64,000 bases of DNA, from the NCBI GenBank assembly GCA_964016885.1, contig OZ024747.1, forward strand, positions 56,172,001 to 56,236,000, given 5' to 3'. Numbering within the stretch: position 1 is the stretch's first letter; every line of letters starts with the position of its first letter. This DNA comes from Eledone cirrhosa. Taxonomy: Eukaryota. This document shows positions 14,176 to 28,294 of the stretch, piece by piece. The position numbers were made by a program, and so were the translations under genes. The notes below the pieces were generated by a model. It saw nothing but the letters and a program-made list of their open reading frames with translations, did not search any database and was not told the DNA's origin.

Positions 14176-14596
14176 GACATATATATTTATCCTTATCGAG
14201 CCCTCTTTGGATTTTAGTCTTCAAATTTATTATTATTACTATATATATATATATAATATATATACATATATATATCATCATAATTATCGTTTTAATATCC
14301 ATTTTCCCTGATGCCAAAGGTTGGACGGGGTCTACATAGACAAAGTAAGTTCTGAAAGGAGCCACTGATCTCCCAGGCAGGCCAATGATCTCTCCCTTGC
14401 TTTATCTAATGTCAACCCTCCACCAAGTGCACAGGAGAGGTTGTCATGTCTTTAACACAACTGAGTGTCCTCCTGACCCATTTTTTGGTAAGATTTCTAT
14501 GGCTGGATGCCCTTCCTATCACTAACCTTATATATTTCTACTTATATATATCTACATATATATTAATATATATATGAAAGATTTGGGACCCTAGCA

Positions 14597-14654
14597 GCTG
14601 AGCTCCTGCCATTTCAACAGCTAGATCTAGCTGTTGAAATGGCAGGAGCTCAGC
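14597..14654. repeat. Perfect 58-bp palindrome with no spacer
   Basis: gctgagctcctgccatttcaacagctaga|tctagctgttgaaatggcaggagctcagc. Confidence 0.95.
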
Positions 14655-14754
14655 CATCAGGTTCCTGAATTTTTAATAATGCCTGCTCTACTGCCCAATG
14701 TATCGAGTACTCTGGTGAGCAATGGTGTAACTGGTTTTTACTGCATCCATTCTG

Positions 14755-14790
<36 letters not shown>

Positions 14791-15063
14791 AAATATAGTA
14801 ATAATAATAAAATTGAAGACTAAAATCCAAAGAGGGATATTGGAAAATATGTGAGATCCTTGGTACAGTTAGATATATCCCACACTCATTAACACCACAC
14901 CCCACACACATCCAAATCTCTCTTATATATAATATATAGTGTCACACATCACAACACAACCTGATCTCAGTTTGACAATCGCCACCGATCAATGTGAGAA
15001 AGTTTTCCAAGAAAGTTAACCAGGAATCTTTAAAATTCTTCCCATCAAAGTTAACAAAGAACT

Positions 15064-15115
<52 letters not shown>

Positions 15116-15122
<7 letters not shown>

Positions 15123-15535
15123 TAACAGATTAAAGTTTAAGCAAAGAATCGTTGCTTTCACCCTTCTTCAGTTATACCATAAAACGTGGTTTTGTCTTTG
15201 TCTTTGCGTGTAATTGTTTTCACCGCTCCAAATAATGACGTATTGTGTTCGTTTTTTTTCCGTTCTTTGCCAGAGAACGTTTCCACGAATCAAAGTATCG
15301 TCTTCCTGTCTTCCTTCGGTTGCAACGTTTTTCAAAATATTTACTTCTGCATTCACAGATTGATTTTTTTAGTTTCAGAAGATCCCGTTAAGGGTGAAAG
15401 CAGCGATTCTTTGCTTAAACTTTAATCTGTTAGTTTAATAAATATTTGATCTACGGTTCTTATATATTTGATATATATTTATCCTTATCGAGACCTCTTT
15501 GAATTTTAGTCTTCAAATTTATTATTATTACTATA
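15116..15535. mobile_element. Fold-back PLE-terminus-like insert in (TA)n
   Basis: 15116-15165 is inverted relative to about 15390-15440. The tail 'ttttagtcttcaaatttattattattact' recurs at 14212, 15575, 59202 and, inverted, at 14798. Confidence 0.65.
15371..15421 (+). ncRNA. Hammerhead-like motif with variant core CAGAAGA
   Basis: agttt-CAGAAGA-tccc gttaa gggt-GAAA-gcag..ttgc-TT^-aaact. An identical copy lies on the minus strand at 14125-14175. Confidence 0.55.
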
Positions 15536-15599
15536 TATATATATACATATATATATTTATATATATTAATTGGATTTTAGTCTTCAAATTTATTATTAT

Positions 15600-15645
<46 letters not shown>

Positions 15646-15703
15646 CGAAGGAGGTGTGGTAAGGAACCAGATGGACCATAACGCACCAGATCACTCAATA
15701 TTT

Positions 15704-15773
15704 AGGCTCAAGCCGTTTCGAATGCTGTTTCTGGACGACTCAGTCCAGAAATAGCCATCGAAACGGCTTGAGC
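15704..15773. repeat. GC-rich hairpin within a (TA)n-flanked insert
   Basis: gctcaagccgtttcga..gctgtttctggac / gtccagaaatagc..tcgaaacggcttgagc. The upstream segment 15645-15705 is homologous to 12923-12985. Confidence 0.8.
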
Positions 15774-15797
15774 TCTGCCGTCGAGGTCATACATTTT

Positions 15798-15839
<42 letters not shown>

Positions 15840-16109
15840 GAAAGAGAGAGAGAGAAAGAAGAAGCCTGACAGATATATAGTTATAGATAGATACTTAGGT
15901 AAAAAGGTGTGCAGATAGAGAGATATGTAATTAAGTAGAGAGTGAGAAAAACTATATATATGAAAAATATAACATCCAATAGAATATAATAAATTATTGA
16001 TAAGATAAGAAGTGGCTATATATATTGAGGTTTTAAATAAATATGAATGGCACTATATATATATGTATAAACAATATACATGAACAGGTTTATAATATGC
16101 TGCATGTGT

Positions 16110-17777
<1,668 letters not shown>

Positions 17778-17779
<2 letters not shown>

Positions 17780-18122
17780 AGGTACATGGCTTAGTGGTTA
17801 GAGCATTGGCCTTGCAATCGAAAGGTTGTGAGTTCAATTCTCAGACCGGGTGATGTGTTGTTTCCTTGAGCAAGGCACTTTATTTCACATTGCTCCAGTT
17901 TACTCAGCTGTAGAAATGAGATGATAGGGACTAGGGTCCCTATCATTCCACTGCAAAGTGGTCGTGCAGGTGCCACGGCAAAAAAGCACCCAGCACTCAC
18001 TGTAAATGAGGTTGGTGTTAGGAAGGGCATCCAGCTATAGAAATCAAGCCAGAATCAGTTCCCGTCCCACCCTTGCAAGCAGGGAAAAGTGGACGTAAAA
18101 TGAAATGATGATGAAATGATGA
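17778..18122 (+). mobile_element. SINE family A
   Basis: A and B boxes, core, and tail ggaaaagtggacgtaaaatga(GAT)n. Confidence 0.9.
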
Positions 18123-18134
18123 TATATATATATA

Positions 18135-18204
<70 letters not shown>

Positions 18205-18260
18205 TATATATGTGTGTGTGTATATATATATATATGTATATATAAATATATATATAAATG

Positions 18261-18967
18261 TAAATTATCGAGAATCGCATTTCGGCCCACGAAATAACGA
18301 AAAACAACCTCCGAGATGTGAGGCAAGTGCTCAATGATTCAGATGAACCAGAGCTATAACAAACGTTAAAGGCCAAACACACTGAGACGATGGTTAAACA
18401 ATCATGCGCAAAGCCAAAAAAAAAAAAATGATCAAGTAATTCGGGTCAAACAAATAAAAATATATGTGATTGAAAATTTAACCGGACCCCTGGAAGGTTG
18501 GTAAAATCCAGCATTTGGGTTTCTAAATCAAGTACTCTACGCTTACATAAATAATGTTAGGCTTCTGGTAAGATGATTGAACAAGGAAGCCACTTTTTCA
18601 ACAGGTTTTAGTTCAATGCTAATACAAGGACTGACTATTGCTGACCCCACGTGGGGATCAGCAAGAGAGGCAACCCCTATATCAGGCGAATGAATTCAGT
18701 TGTGTATATTATTGCAAGAATGCAAAACATCACAAATCGAATAGAGTTCTCAACAGAAGGTTTAAAGTTAACATAAGCTATTCATCAGTCAATAGAATCA
18801 ACTAAAATGGCTAGAGTCTGGAGATTAATACAAATATAAATTATCGAGAATCGCATTTTGGCCCACGAAATAACGAAAAACAACCTCCGAGATGTGTGAC
18901 AAGTGTTCAATGATTCAGATGAACCAGAGCTATAACAAACGTTAAAGGCCAAACACACTGAGACGAT
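18261..18967. repeat. ~700-bp insert with ~130-bp direct terminal repeats, flanked by (TA)n
   Basis: 18261-18390 is near-identical to 18837-18967. Confidence 0.85.
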
Positions 18968-19014
18968 ATATATATATATATATATATATGTGTGTATATA
19001 TATGTATATATATA

Positions 19015-19097
<83 letters not shown>

Positions 19098-19288
19098 ATA
19101 TATATATATATATGTGTATATATATATATATATGTGTATATATATGTGTATATATGATTGGTGGTGAATGACATAGTGTTGCTCATATTTTTGCTGCTAT
19201 ATATAATACAAATGTGTTTAGGTGTTGGTCTGTGCATGTATTATATATAATATATATATAATTTTTTTTATTTGTATGTTTTTCCCTA

Positions 19289-19329
<41 letters not shown>

Positions 19330-19506
19330 TAAAAGGAAAAGAAAATGCTGACAAATTGTTCCCAGTGAAAAATAGTTTAATTAGGAATAAGTAAAAATTA
19401 GTAATAAATATTGGTTAGTATTCAGTTTTGGTTTTAATTTTTATCGGTTGCGCATTTCTAATGCTTTTCAAAAATAATTTTGAGATAGAGTGCCCGTGAT
19501 GTTTGC

Positions 19507-19575
<69 letters not shown>

Positions 19576-19622
19576 TAGAAAGTGAGGGGGTTTTTTTTAA
19601 ATAAAAAAAAAAAGAGTGAAAG

Positions 19623-19924
19623 TATAAGGAAAAAGATGAAATCGAAAATGCAACTGGAGTCTTTTTTTTTTTAAATATATATTTATTTGGTTCCTTTACC
19701 GGTTTCACAGCTCTTCTGCTAAAAACCTGGCGTTTCGAGCCACTTTTTTTCTATATAAAACAGAAGTAACGTTAAAAGACCAACCAGATGTGAGAAAAAC
19801 GACAAACCCTCCATCTCAATTCTACTTTTGAAAAGCTGAAGAACTGCGAAACCGGTAAAGGAACCAAATAAATATATATTTAAAAAAAAAAGACTCCAGT
19901 TGCATTTTCGATTTCATCTTTTTT

Positions 19925-19931
<7 letters not shown>
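19623..19931. repeat. Fold-back cassette with ~95-bp inverted arms in (TA)n
   Basis: 19623-19720 is the reverse complement of about 19833-19931. The arms contain GAAACCGGTA, resembling a hammerhead 3' half. A related minus-strand copy lies at 2465-2570. Confidence 0.85.
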
Positions 19932-19985
<54 letters not shown>

Positions 19986-19989
<4 letters not shown>

Positions 19990-20760
19990 CGTCTTTACAA
20001 CCATTTTTCCATACTCACATAGGTTTGACGAGTCCTTTACAGCACAACATCTCTCCACTCGCCATGTTCCATCATCATTTCCTCTGTTAGTATCAGTGAT
20101 TCAAGAACAGCTCTCACCACCTGTGCCCAGGTCTTCCTTGGTCTATCTCTCCTGTGAATTCCTTCCACTGCCCATGTTTCACTACCATGCAATACTGCAC
20201 TTCACGCATAGGCATTATACAGCTGCCCTTTTGTATGTTGGGAGAAAACGTTTCGCAGTCGCTCTCTAAACGTCTTACATCCTGTCCTTATTCTGGTTAT
20301 TATACTCTTGGAGCACCCTCCTCCACTACTATTTAAGTTACCTAAAAAGCAGAAGTTCTCAGCCACTTCTATGGATCCTTCATGTGATTAGAAAAGGTTT
20401 ATAGCACAGATGCTCTTCCAGTCTACTTCTGTGCATTTTCTGCATAAAAATTATTTCTTTCCTGTTAAATACCTATTATCTAAAGTACCTTATTCTTGGA
20501 TAGGAAAATCTCTTGTAGTTTCACTAAGAAGAAGGCATCTGTAATACCTTTTCCAGGCATAAAGCTGAATTGTATGTCATTTATTTTGACTCTTTCCTTT
20601 ATTAGCTATTCTAGAACTCTTTCTGTCATTTACATAACAGGGTTCTGTGGTCTCCGTACTGTGGCAGGTAGGTTAAAGAAGGACATCCAGTCAATATATG
20701 GGATATGGAATGATGTATTTATCTGACTATGTTTGTCTTGGACTATAACAACTTGTCAAA
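19986..20760 (-). mobile_element. Internally deleted RTE-like LINE remnant
   Basis: Minus-strand pieces read IQFSFMPGKGITDAFF, IEVAENFCFLGN and RPRKTWAQVVR, followed by a 3' tail. Confidence 0.7.
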
Positions 20761-21068
20761 GCAATGCCAGTGTGTGTCTGTGTGACAAAAAGTGGGGCCA
20801 AAGATGATTGTGACTGCATCCATCATATATCCAAAAATGAAAACGACCTCTTGCAAAACAATTATACATAAATGACACCATAGTTACTGATATATAGATG
20901 TGTGTGTGTGAGTGTGTGTATGTGTGTGTGTGTGTGCATGTATGTGTGTGCTTGTGTATGTCTTTATATAAATATATATATGCAAATATACAAATATAAA
21001 TCCTTTTATGTGTATGTAGGCATTTATGTTCAGTTTCTTACGTGTCTGTGGGAGAGTGCCTGCCTGTG

Positions 21069-21132
<64 letters not shown>

Positions 21133-21268
21133 CAAAAGGGATATTCAATTTGTTGGTAATTCAAGATATATAAATGTTTATAACTGAATCACACCACTTG
21201 ACAGGTTTTCTGGAGTATAATATTCAATGATATTTAATAAATGGAAACTATATTTATAAAACCAAATT

Positions 21269-21329
21269 TATTCTATTATATATATTTCAACGGTACCAAA
21301 ACTTTGGTACGCTTTCATCAGTTAAAATA
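21269..21329 (-). ncRNA. Minimal type I hammerhead ribozyme (inverted pLTR copy)
   Basis: Reverse complement reads CTGATGA-aagcgtaccaaagttttggtaccgtt-GAAA-tatatata-atagaata, with one mismatch at the base of stem I. Confidence 0.75.
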
Positions 21330-21901
21330 CAAACTTTGTTTTATAAATTTTGACATAACCAAGAAAAGATACCTTAATGATTCAAGTTTTTCTTGGATAG
21401 TGAAAGGAAAAGTGAAGAAAAGTCAGATATTTCAAAATATTAAGATGAGTATCCAAATGAGGTTGAGGTATAGGGCTGAAAAAACGTTATTTTAGACGCT
21501 ATGCAGAATTTAAATAATTAGGATATATGTATGTATGAGTCGGAAGAAGAAAAAGAGAAAAGAAGAGCTTGTATTTACGTTAATTCAAAAGGAATTAACA
21601 ATTTGCGGAAATGGTGGAATATGATTCCAGAATTTAAATTTATTTAGTTATATTATGAGTTATAATATTGTATATATAATCAATTAGATTATATGAATAA
21701 TTATGGTTGTAAGTAGATTTTATCTTATTACATTACAATAGGTTGTAAGTATATAAATATCTATATAGATTAATAATTGTGCATGTATAATTATCGATTA
21801 ATAATTGTGCATGTTGAATTACCAACAAATTGAATATCCCTTTTGCTTATAAATAGCTCCTTTAATGTTGAACACTTTAAACTATAACTGATTGCAAAAT
21901 A

Positions 21902-24110
21902 ATGGAACTCTTTAGGATTTCTTCTTCTCTAAAAGATGTACCCTTACCTAAAAATAAGGAATATCTAGAACAATTCTTAGAGAAATCTTACTCCTTTATA
22001 CGAAGATTTAGATGGCGTGCTTTCCATTTTGATAAAAAAATCGGAGGACAAAATAAATAAATCCAGTTACAACTTCGATCTTATCTTCAAATCTAAGAAG
22101 AATCCACTTAACAACAAACTACTAGCCGAATATGAAAATGAAGTAATCTCTATTATACAAAACATTAAATTCAAAAGGAACCAAATTTATCGACCAGGAG
22201 TACCTTAAATGCCTCAAGAATAAAATAGACAATCTAGAAAAAATAAATAGGATCCTGGTAAAATCTGACAAAACAAATAATTGATATGGTATAGAAAGGG
22301 ACGAATATAATAACCTTATATTGAAAGAACTCGGTAAAAACTACAAAATAACATCAAATGAAGATCTTTCAACGTTAAATAGGGAAGCTTCGGAAATTAT
22401 CTATAAATTAGGCATCCAAAATAAGACCGAACCCTTTATACCCAGAAAACCGAAGATTAACCTGAAGGACCACAAAAGAAATTTTGAAATTGAACTACCA
22501 GTCAGACTCACCGCACCATCTAAATCGGACTTAGGCATAATTAGCAAGCATATATTAGATGGAATTATACCACTACTTAAAGAAAAATCAGACCTTAAAC
22601 TATGGAACGGTACTAATGAAGTTATAGATTGGTTTAATAACATAAAATTAAAACATAACAAAAAATTCATTCAATTGGATATTGCAAATTACTACTCCTC
22701 TATTACCCCTAGCTTACTTAATAAGGCACTTAACTACGCGTCTAAACATACAGACCTATCTAGTGAAGACATGAATATAATTCTAACAGTACGTAAAACC
22801 CCCATTAAAATAAAGTACCAGTAATTCATTGGGTAATTGCTGGCCTTGTGCCTAAAGTAGAAATAATTATTTATTAATAATGTATTGCATAGGAAAATGC
22901 CAGAGATGACCGGAGGTTTATATCACGACGATATGTTACTTTTAATTGAAAACCATAGCAATAGTGAAATTAATAGGAAACGGAAATCCATAATACAATT
23001 TTTCAACAACTACAACCTTAATTTAGAAATCGAGAATAATTACAAAATCGTTAACTTCTTAGATGTAACCTTAAACCTTAGCACAGGTCTTTACTATCCT
23101 TTCCATAAAATTAACGAAAATCTAAATTACGTAAGTTTCAATTCTAATCATCCTAGAAGTATGAAGAACACTATTGTCAATAGCGTCCAACAACGGATTT
23201 CACGTATCTCTGCTAATAAAAATATTTTTGATGGTAGGGCAGAATATTACAATGAAGCTTTACATAGAGCAGGATACTCGAATAAAATTAAATACATTGA
23301 TAACAATAACATGACAAATCATCCTAGAATTAATTGTAACAATAATAAACGTTTAACTTAAACACTAAACCAAACAAAAAAAACTAGAACTAGAAATATT
23401 ATTTGGTACTCTCCCCCATTCTCATTAAGCGTTAAAACACCTTTAACAAAGCTATATTTTAAAGCACTAGATAAATGTTTTCCTAAAGCCCACAGATACC
23501 ACTCTATTTTTAACAGACATACTATAAAACTATCCTACTCTACTACTATGAACATAGCACACAATATATAGAATTAATAATAGAAACTTAAATTTAAAAC
23601 CTAACCAAACTAGCAATAATAATATGTCTAACAACAATATTCAGAATAATAGTACCGTTCCGAACAACAACAACTCCAGAAAATGTAACTGTAGAATTAA
23701 ATCAAACTGCCCTTTACAAAATAATTGCTTAGACAAAAACGTAATTTATAAATGCACAGTTAAAACTAGAGACAAAGTATTTTTTAACTATATTGGAGCC
23801 ACTTCTACAAAATTCAAAGAACGCTGGTATATAAACACACATTTAATAGATCCGATAAAAAATCTTCCACTTCACTTTCACATTTAATTTGGAACTTAAA
23901 AGACAACAATATAGACTATTCAATATCTTGGGGAACGATTTCGAAAGCACCTGCATACCGAAATATGGCTTTCTCAAGATTCTGTAACTTGTGTATCGAA
24001 GAAATTTTTTATATAATTAACTGTCAAAACTCTATTAATCTTAAAACAAAATAATTTTCTAGTTGCAGACATCACCAAAATTCCACTTTTAGAAGTATTT
24101 TTAATTTATG
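21902..24110 (+). pseudogene. PLE polyprotein (RT + CxC linker + GIY-YIG endonuclease), with frameshifts and stops
   Basis: Manual translation across frames gives MELFRISSSLKDVPLP..FIRRFRWRAFHF, SDKTNN*Y, LKDHKRNF..RLTAPSKSDLG, QLDIANYYSSI, GLYHDDMLL, VNFLDVTLNL, SNHP, RNIIWYSPPFS, CNCRIKSNCPLQNNCL..VIYKC..YIGATSTKFKERW, FCNLCIEE..SCRH. These are typical of Naiad PLEs. Confidence 0.9.
22807..22870 (+). mobile_element. SINE family B 3' fragment inside the PLE RT
   Basis: taaaataaagtaccagtaattcattgggtaattgctggccttgtgcctaaagtagaaataattat. Confidence 0.85.
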
Positions 24111-25246
24111 ATATTCATTACACTTGACTATATCTTACACACCTTCAAAATGATACTATTTTCTTTAAAAATTTTAATTTAATTTTTTTAATTTTTATTT
24201 CTACTATTTTTACCATTTGACATTAATTTTTTAATTTTTTAATATATATTTTTTACTGTTTTTACCTTTTGACATTATTTTCCTAATGATACCCCTCTAA
24301 ATATATATTTTTTTAGTTGTAGATTGATAATCTTTAATTGACATTCTGAAAGTTTATCCTCTTTACGATAGTTCTTCGAAATGCACATTACTTTTTTCTC
24401 TTTCTTTTGATCTTCAAACTTTCACACATCTTTCGACTAAAATAATATATAATTGAAATTAATCTCACACAAAATAATATATAATTTTCTCTATATATTT
24501 TCTGAGTAAATCATTCATCAAATTTAACGGTTAACAAACAAGATTGGAGTTATCTTTCCCTTTTCAATCGTGCAAACATAAACATTATATTATAATATAA
24601 TATGTATCATAAACTATATAACTTCACTAAATTAACAATATTCTGAAAACATTTTCAATGTTGGAACAAAATATTAGAATCTACAAATTATTCTCCTCTT
24701 ACAACTTGAACTATGTGTTTTTTTAATGTAAAATGCAAAATCAACATCCTTCGTAACTCATATTAGAAATATAAACAACTAATACATATACATGCACAAT
24801 TATTAATCTATATAGATATTTATATACTTACAACCTATTGTAATGTAATAAGATAAAATATACTTACAACCATAATTATTCATATAATCTAATTGATTAT
24901 TTATACAATATTATAACTCATAATATAGCTAAATAAATTTAAATTCTGGAATCATATTCCACCATTCCCGCAAATTGTTAATTCCTTTTAAATTAACGTA
25001 AATACAAGCTCTTCTTTTCTCTTTTTCTTCTTCCTACTCATACATACATATATCCTAATTATTTAAATTCTGCATAGCGTCTAAAATAACGTTTTTTCAG
25101 CCCTAGACCTCAACCTCATTTGCATACTCATCTTAATATTTTGAAATATCTGACTTTTCTTCTCTTTTCCCTTCACTATCCAAGAAAAACTTGAACCGTT
25201 AAACTATCTTTTCTTGGTTATGTCAAAATTTATAAAACAAAGTTTG

Positions 25247-25307
25247 TATTTTATCTGATGAAAGCGTACCAAAGTTTTGATACCGTTGAAATATATATAA
25301 TAGAATA
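25247..25307 (+). ncRNA. Minimal type I hammerhead ribozyme (PLE 3' pLTR)
   Basis: tattttat-CTGATGA-aagcgtaccaaagttttgataccgtt-GAAA-TATATA-TA^-atagaata. Stem I pairs, stem II is a hairpin, stem III is short and palindromic. Confidence 0.82.
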
Positions 25308-25388
25308 AATATGGTTTTATAAATATAGTTTCCATTTATTAAATATCATTGTATATATATATATATATATAATGTGTGTGTGTATATG

Positions 25389-25453
<65 letters not shown>

Positions 25454-25567
25454 ACATCTTACGTTAACTATTTTCCTATTTTGACGCTATAGTCACTTAT
25501 ATGTTATGGAATACTGTTGGCTTCTTGCTACAATAATTTCTATACTTTTCATTTATATATATATATA

Positions 25568-25646
<79 letters not shown>

Positions 25647-25977
25647 ACGCGCGTGTGTGCATCTGGAAGAAAGAGAGAATGTTTTATTTATTTCTAAAGT
25701 TCTTTGTCGGTGCCAGAGAATAGAAGAAGCTATCCACAATGTTGTTAAACCCTTCTGGCTTTATTAGCTCTTGGCAACGTTTAAAATTTCACCAGAATTT
25801 TGCTGCCAGCCTTCTAAAGCAGTTCTGTTGTTTATGGAGACTTTCAATGTATGCAATAGTTTGTGGATGACAGTCACACTCTCATATAAATATATATGTC
25901 TTTTGTCATATAGTTTATAGTTAAACACACATATATATATATATTCATGCATGCATATATTTATATATTTGTATCTA

Positions 25978-26046
<69 letters not shown>

Positions 26047-27535
26047 GTGTGTGTGTGTGTGTGTCACTATTTGAAGAACTTTGTTTTCTACAATGTATTG
26101 TAATTGTTGATTATTCATGTTGACAAGAGAGAAATAAAATGTGGTGAAAAATAGAAAAAGAGAGAGAGAATGAGTTAGAGAAACCATATGTGTGTTAGTG
26201 AGAAGTGGAAAGAAATCAGGTGAGAGTGACGTGTGAGAGGATAAGGAAGGGGAAGTTAATGCATAGATGAAGTGAGATAAATCTTTGGGAGAAACATAAT
26301 TGCCTCCTACATCATCAGATATTCTCTTTTTATTCCTGTTTTCTGTAATAGATGAGAAGTATAAAGATATGTATTTACATTTACATGTATCCACACAGAT
26401 ATATGCATTCACACGTGCATGCAAACACATACTCTATTGCACTCACAGACACAAACACATGAACATGCATGCATATACACTTAAAAAAAACGAAATTTAC
26501 GGCTCACACCAATGTAGGTTTAACTGGCCACCTATGAGGTGGAATTGTATAGGAGTTTTATTAGGTATTTTAATGAAAAGGGTCCAGTCCTATCATAAAA
26601 AATAAACATAAATTGAAGTGTCATGCTCAAGAATACAAGGCTCTCTCCAGTCAAAGAATCAAACCCAGGACCTTATGATCCAACACCCTTGCCATTAAGA
26701 CATATGCCTTCACACACATGTATATACATACATTCACACACATTCACTCCTTTCTCTTATGCATATATATGTATAAATACAATAGTTACACCAATCACAG
26801 GAACTGCTTGACAATATCTGCATCAGACATCCCTGATCGCCGTGCATGTGCAACCCTTTTTTTTTGCAATGCTGTATATCCACCAGTTGGAGCTGGCTCA
26901 ACCCCTTTTGGGTGAATGCCAACACAGGAACGACTAAATAAGTGTATGTACCAGAGAGAAAGAGGGTGAAGAAGGGTGAGAGAGAGTGAAGAATGAGAGA
27001 AAGAGAGTGAAGTAAACATGAATAGAGGATTGGAAAAAAGAAAGAAAGCTCAGGTGAGATAATGCATGCCAGTATCAGTAAATTACTGAACAAGCAACTG
27101 AATCATTGCTTGTTCATATCATACTATAGGGGTGGTGGGGGTTGAACATTTTCTTAAATTCTTATAAGCGGGGGGGGGGGGGCAGAATCGATAATTGTAT
27201 AGTGTACATTTGTAAATATGGGATTTCTTGTTATATTTTTGTTGTCATATATAATGTTTTTTTAATGTAAAATAAAATTATTATTATTCGATTCTCCCTC
27301 TGCTGTATCGACATAAATCACTTACAATAAAATTTCGCTCGAGATAGATTAGCAGAATATAATAAATGAGGTGGGGTGGAATAAAAGCAGGGTTTGGAAA
27401 AAATCTGAAAAATTAATAAGTGTGTATGGGTGTGGGATGATTATTCAACACATGAGACTACCCTAATCCTAACCTTCACCATATCTGTCATCCATAAAAA
27501 GCTGTGAAATTCACATCAAAAACATTGCAAAAACA

Positions 27536-27715
27536 TTGGCAGTATCGGTAGAGGGTTGACGCCATGCTTTCTAGCATAGTTATTCCTCTTTATGATCTGA
27601 GTTCAAATCCCGTCGAGGTTAACTTTACCTTTCATCCTTATGGGGTCGATAAAATAAAGTACCAGTAATGCACTGGGTAATTGCTGGCTTTGTGCCAAAA
27701 GTAGAAACAATTATT
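27536..27715 (+). mobile_element. tRNA-derived SINE family B (Meta-like domain, ATT tail)
   Basis: tggcagtatcggtagag..gagttcaaatccc..cctttcatccttatggggtcgataaaataaagtaccag..aagtagaaacaattatt. Confidence 0.88.
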
Positions 27716-28294
27716 TCATATCAACATTCTACATTCAAAATGGTGGAAGAAAGTTGTATGCCGTACCTACCAGAAACTAGACACCCCAGAATACAACTGT
27801 TACATTACAGGGTTTCAGAACTGAAAGTATGGGTGTTCCAGAGAAATATTGTTGTAAAACCTTTCAGTTGCTATACAATATCATAACAAGACTTGATGAT
27901 TGTGGGGTGAAATTCTTAATTATTTGCCCATGCTGTGTACAAAGATTCACAAGAACGAAGCAATAGAAGCAAATCAAATTGTGGCATCCTCCAGAGTATT
28001 TCGTATTATTACAATGAAGATCTTGGTCCTTGTCTTTGGTGACTGAATTAATATTTAATTCAGATGCAGTGGAGAATCAAATAGTGGTACTGTGGTGATA
28101 CGGTTTATCTTTCAGATCTCAGTAAAATCTAAAATAAAATCACCCTGAAACCTTAGGAATCAACTGTATATGATGCTTAATTCATTCATTTTTTGTTGTT
28201 GCTGTTTAAACATTGGTAAGCATTGATTAAATTTACAAACGGACATCTAATGACCATCTAGTCTACATTTCAACAATTCTCTTACACAAACTAT

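Larger units (their letters stand above)
21127..25351 (+). mobile_element. Naiad-type Penelope-like retroelement, near full length and decayed, with an inverted 5' pLTR copy, inserted in (TA)n
   Basis: RT and GIY-YIG coding remnants at 21902-24110. 21225-21789 is the reverse complement of 24787-25351. Each arm carries a hammerhead motif, and (TA)n tracts flank both ends. Confidence 0.92.

Noticed and set aside
22282-22284. In-frame TGA in the Naiad ORF as selenocysteine (some Naiads are known selenoproteins)
   Set aside because: The TGA lies in DKTNN*Y at a position that is usually Leu. The conserved cysteines (CNC..C..C, CNLC, CRH) are all TGT/TGC, and the ORF has other disabling lesions.
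21225-25351. DNA transposon with terminal inverted repeats
   Set aside because: The interior encodes RT and GIY-YIG rather than a transposase. The inverted repeats are hammerhead-bearing PLE pLTRs with an asymmetric tail.
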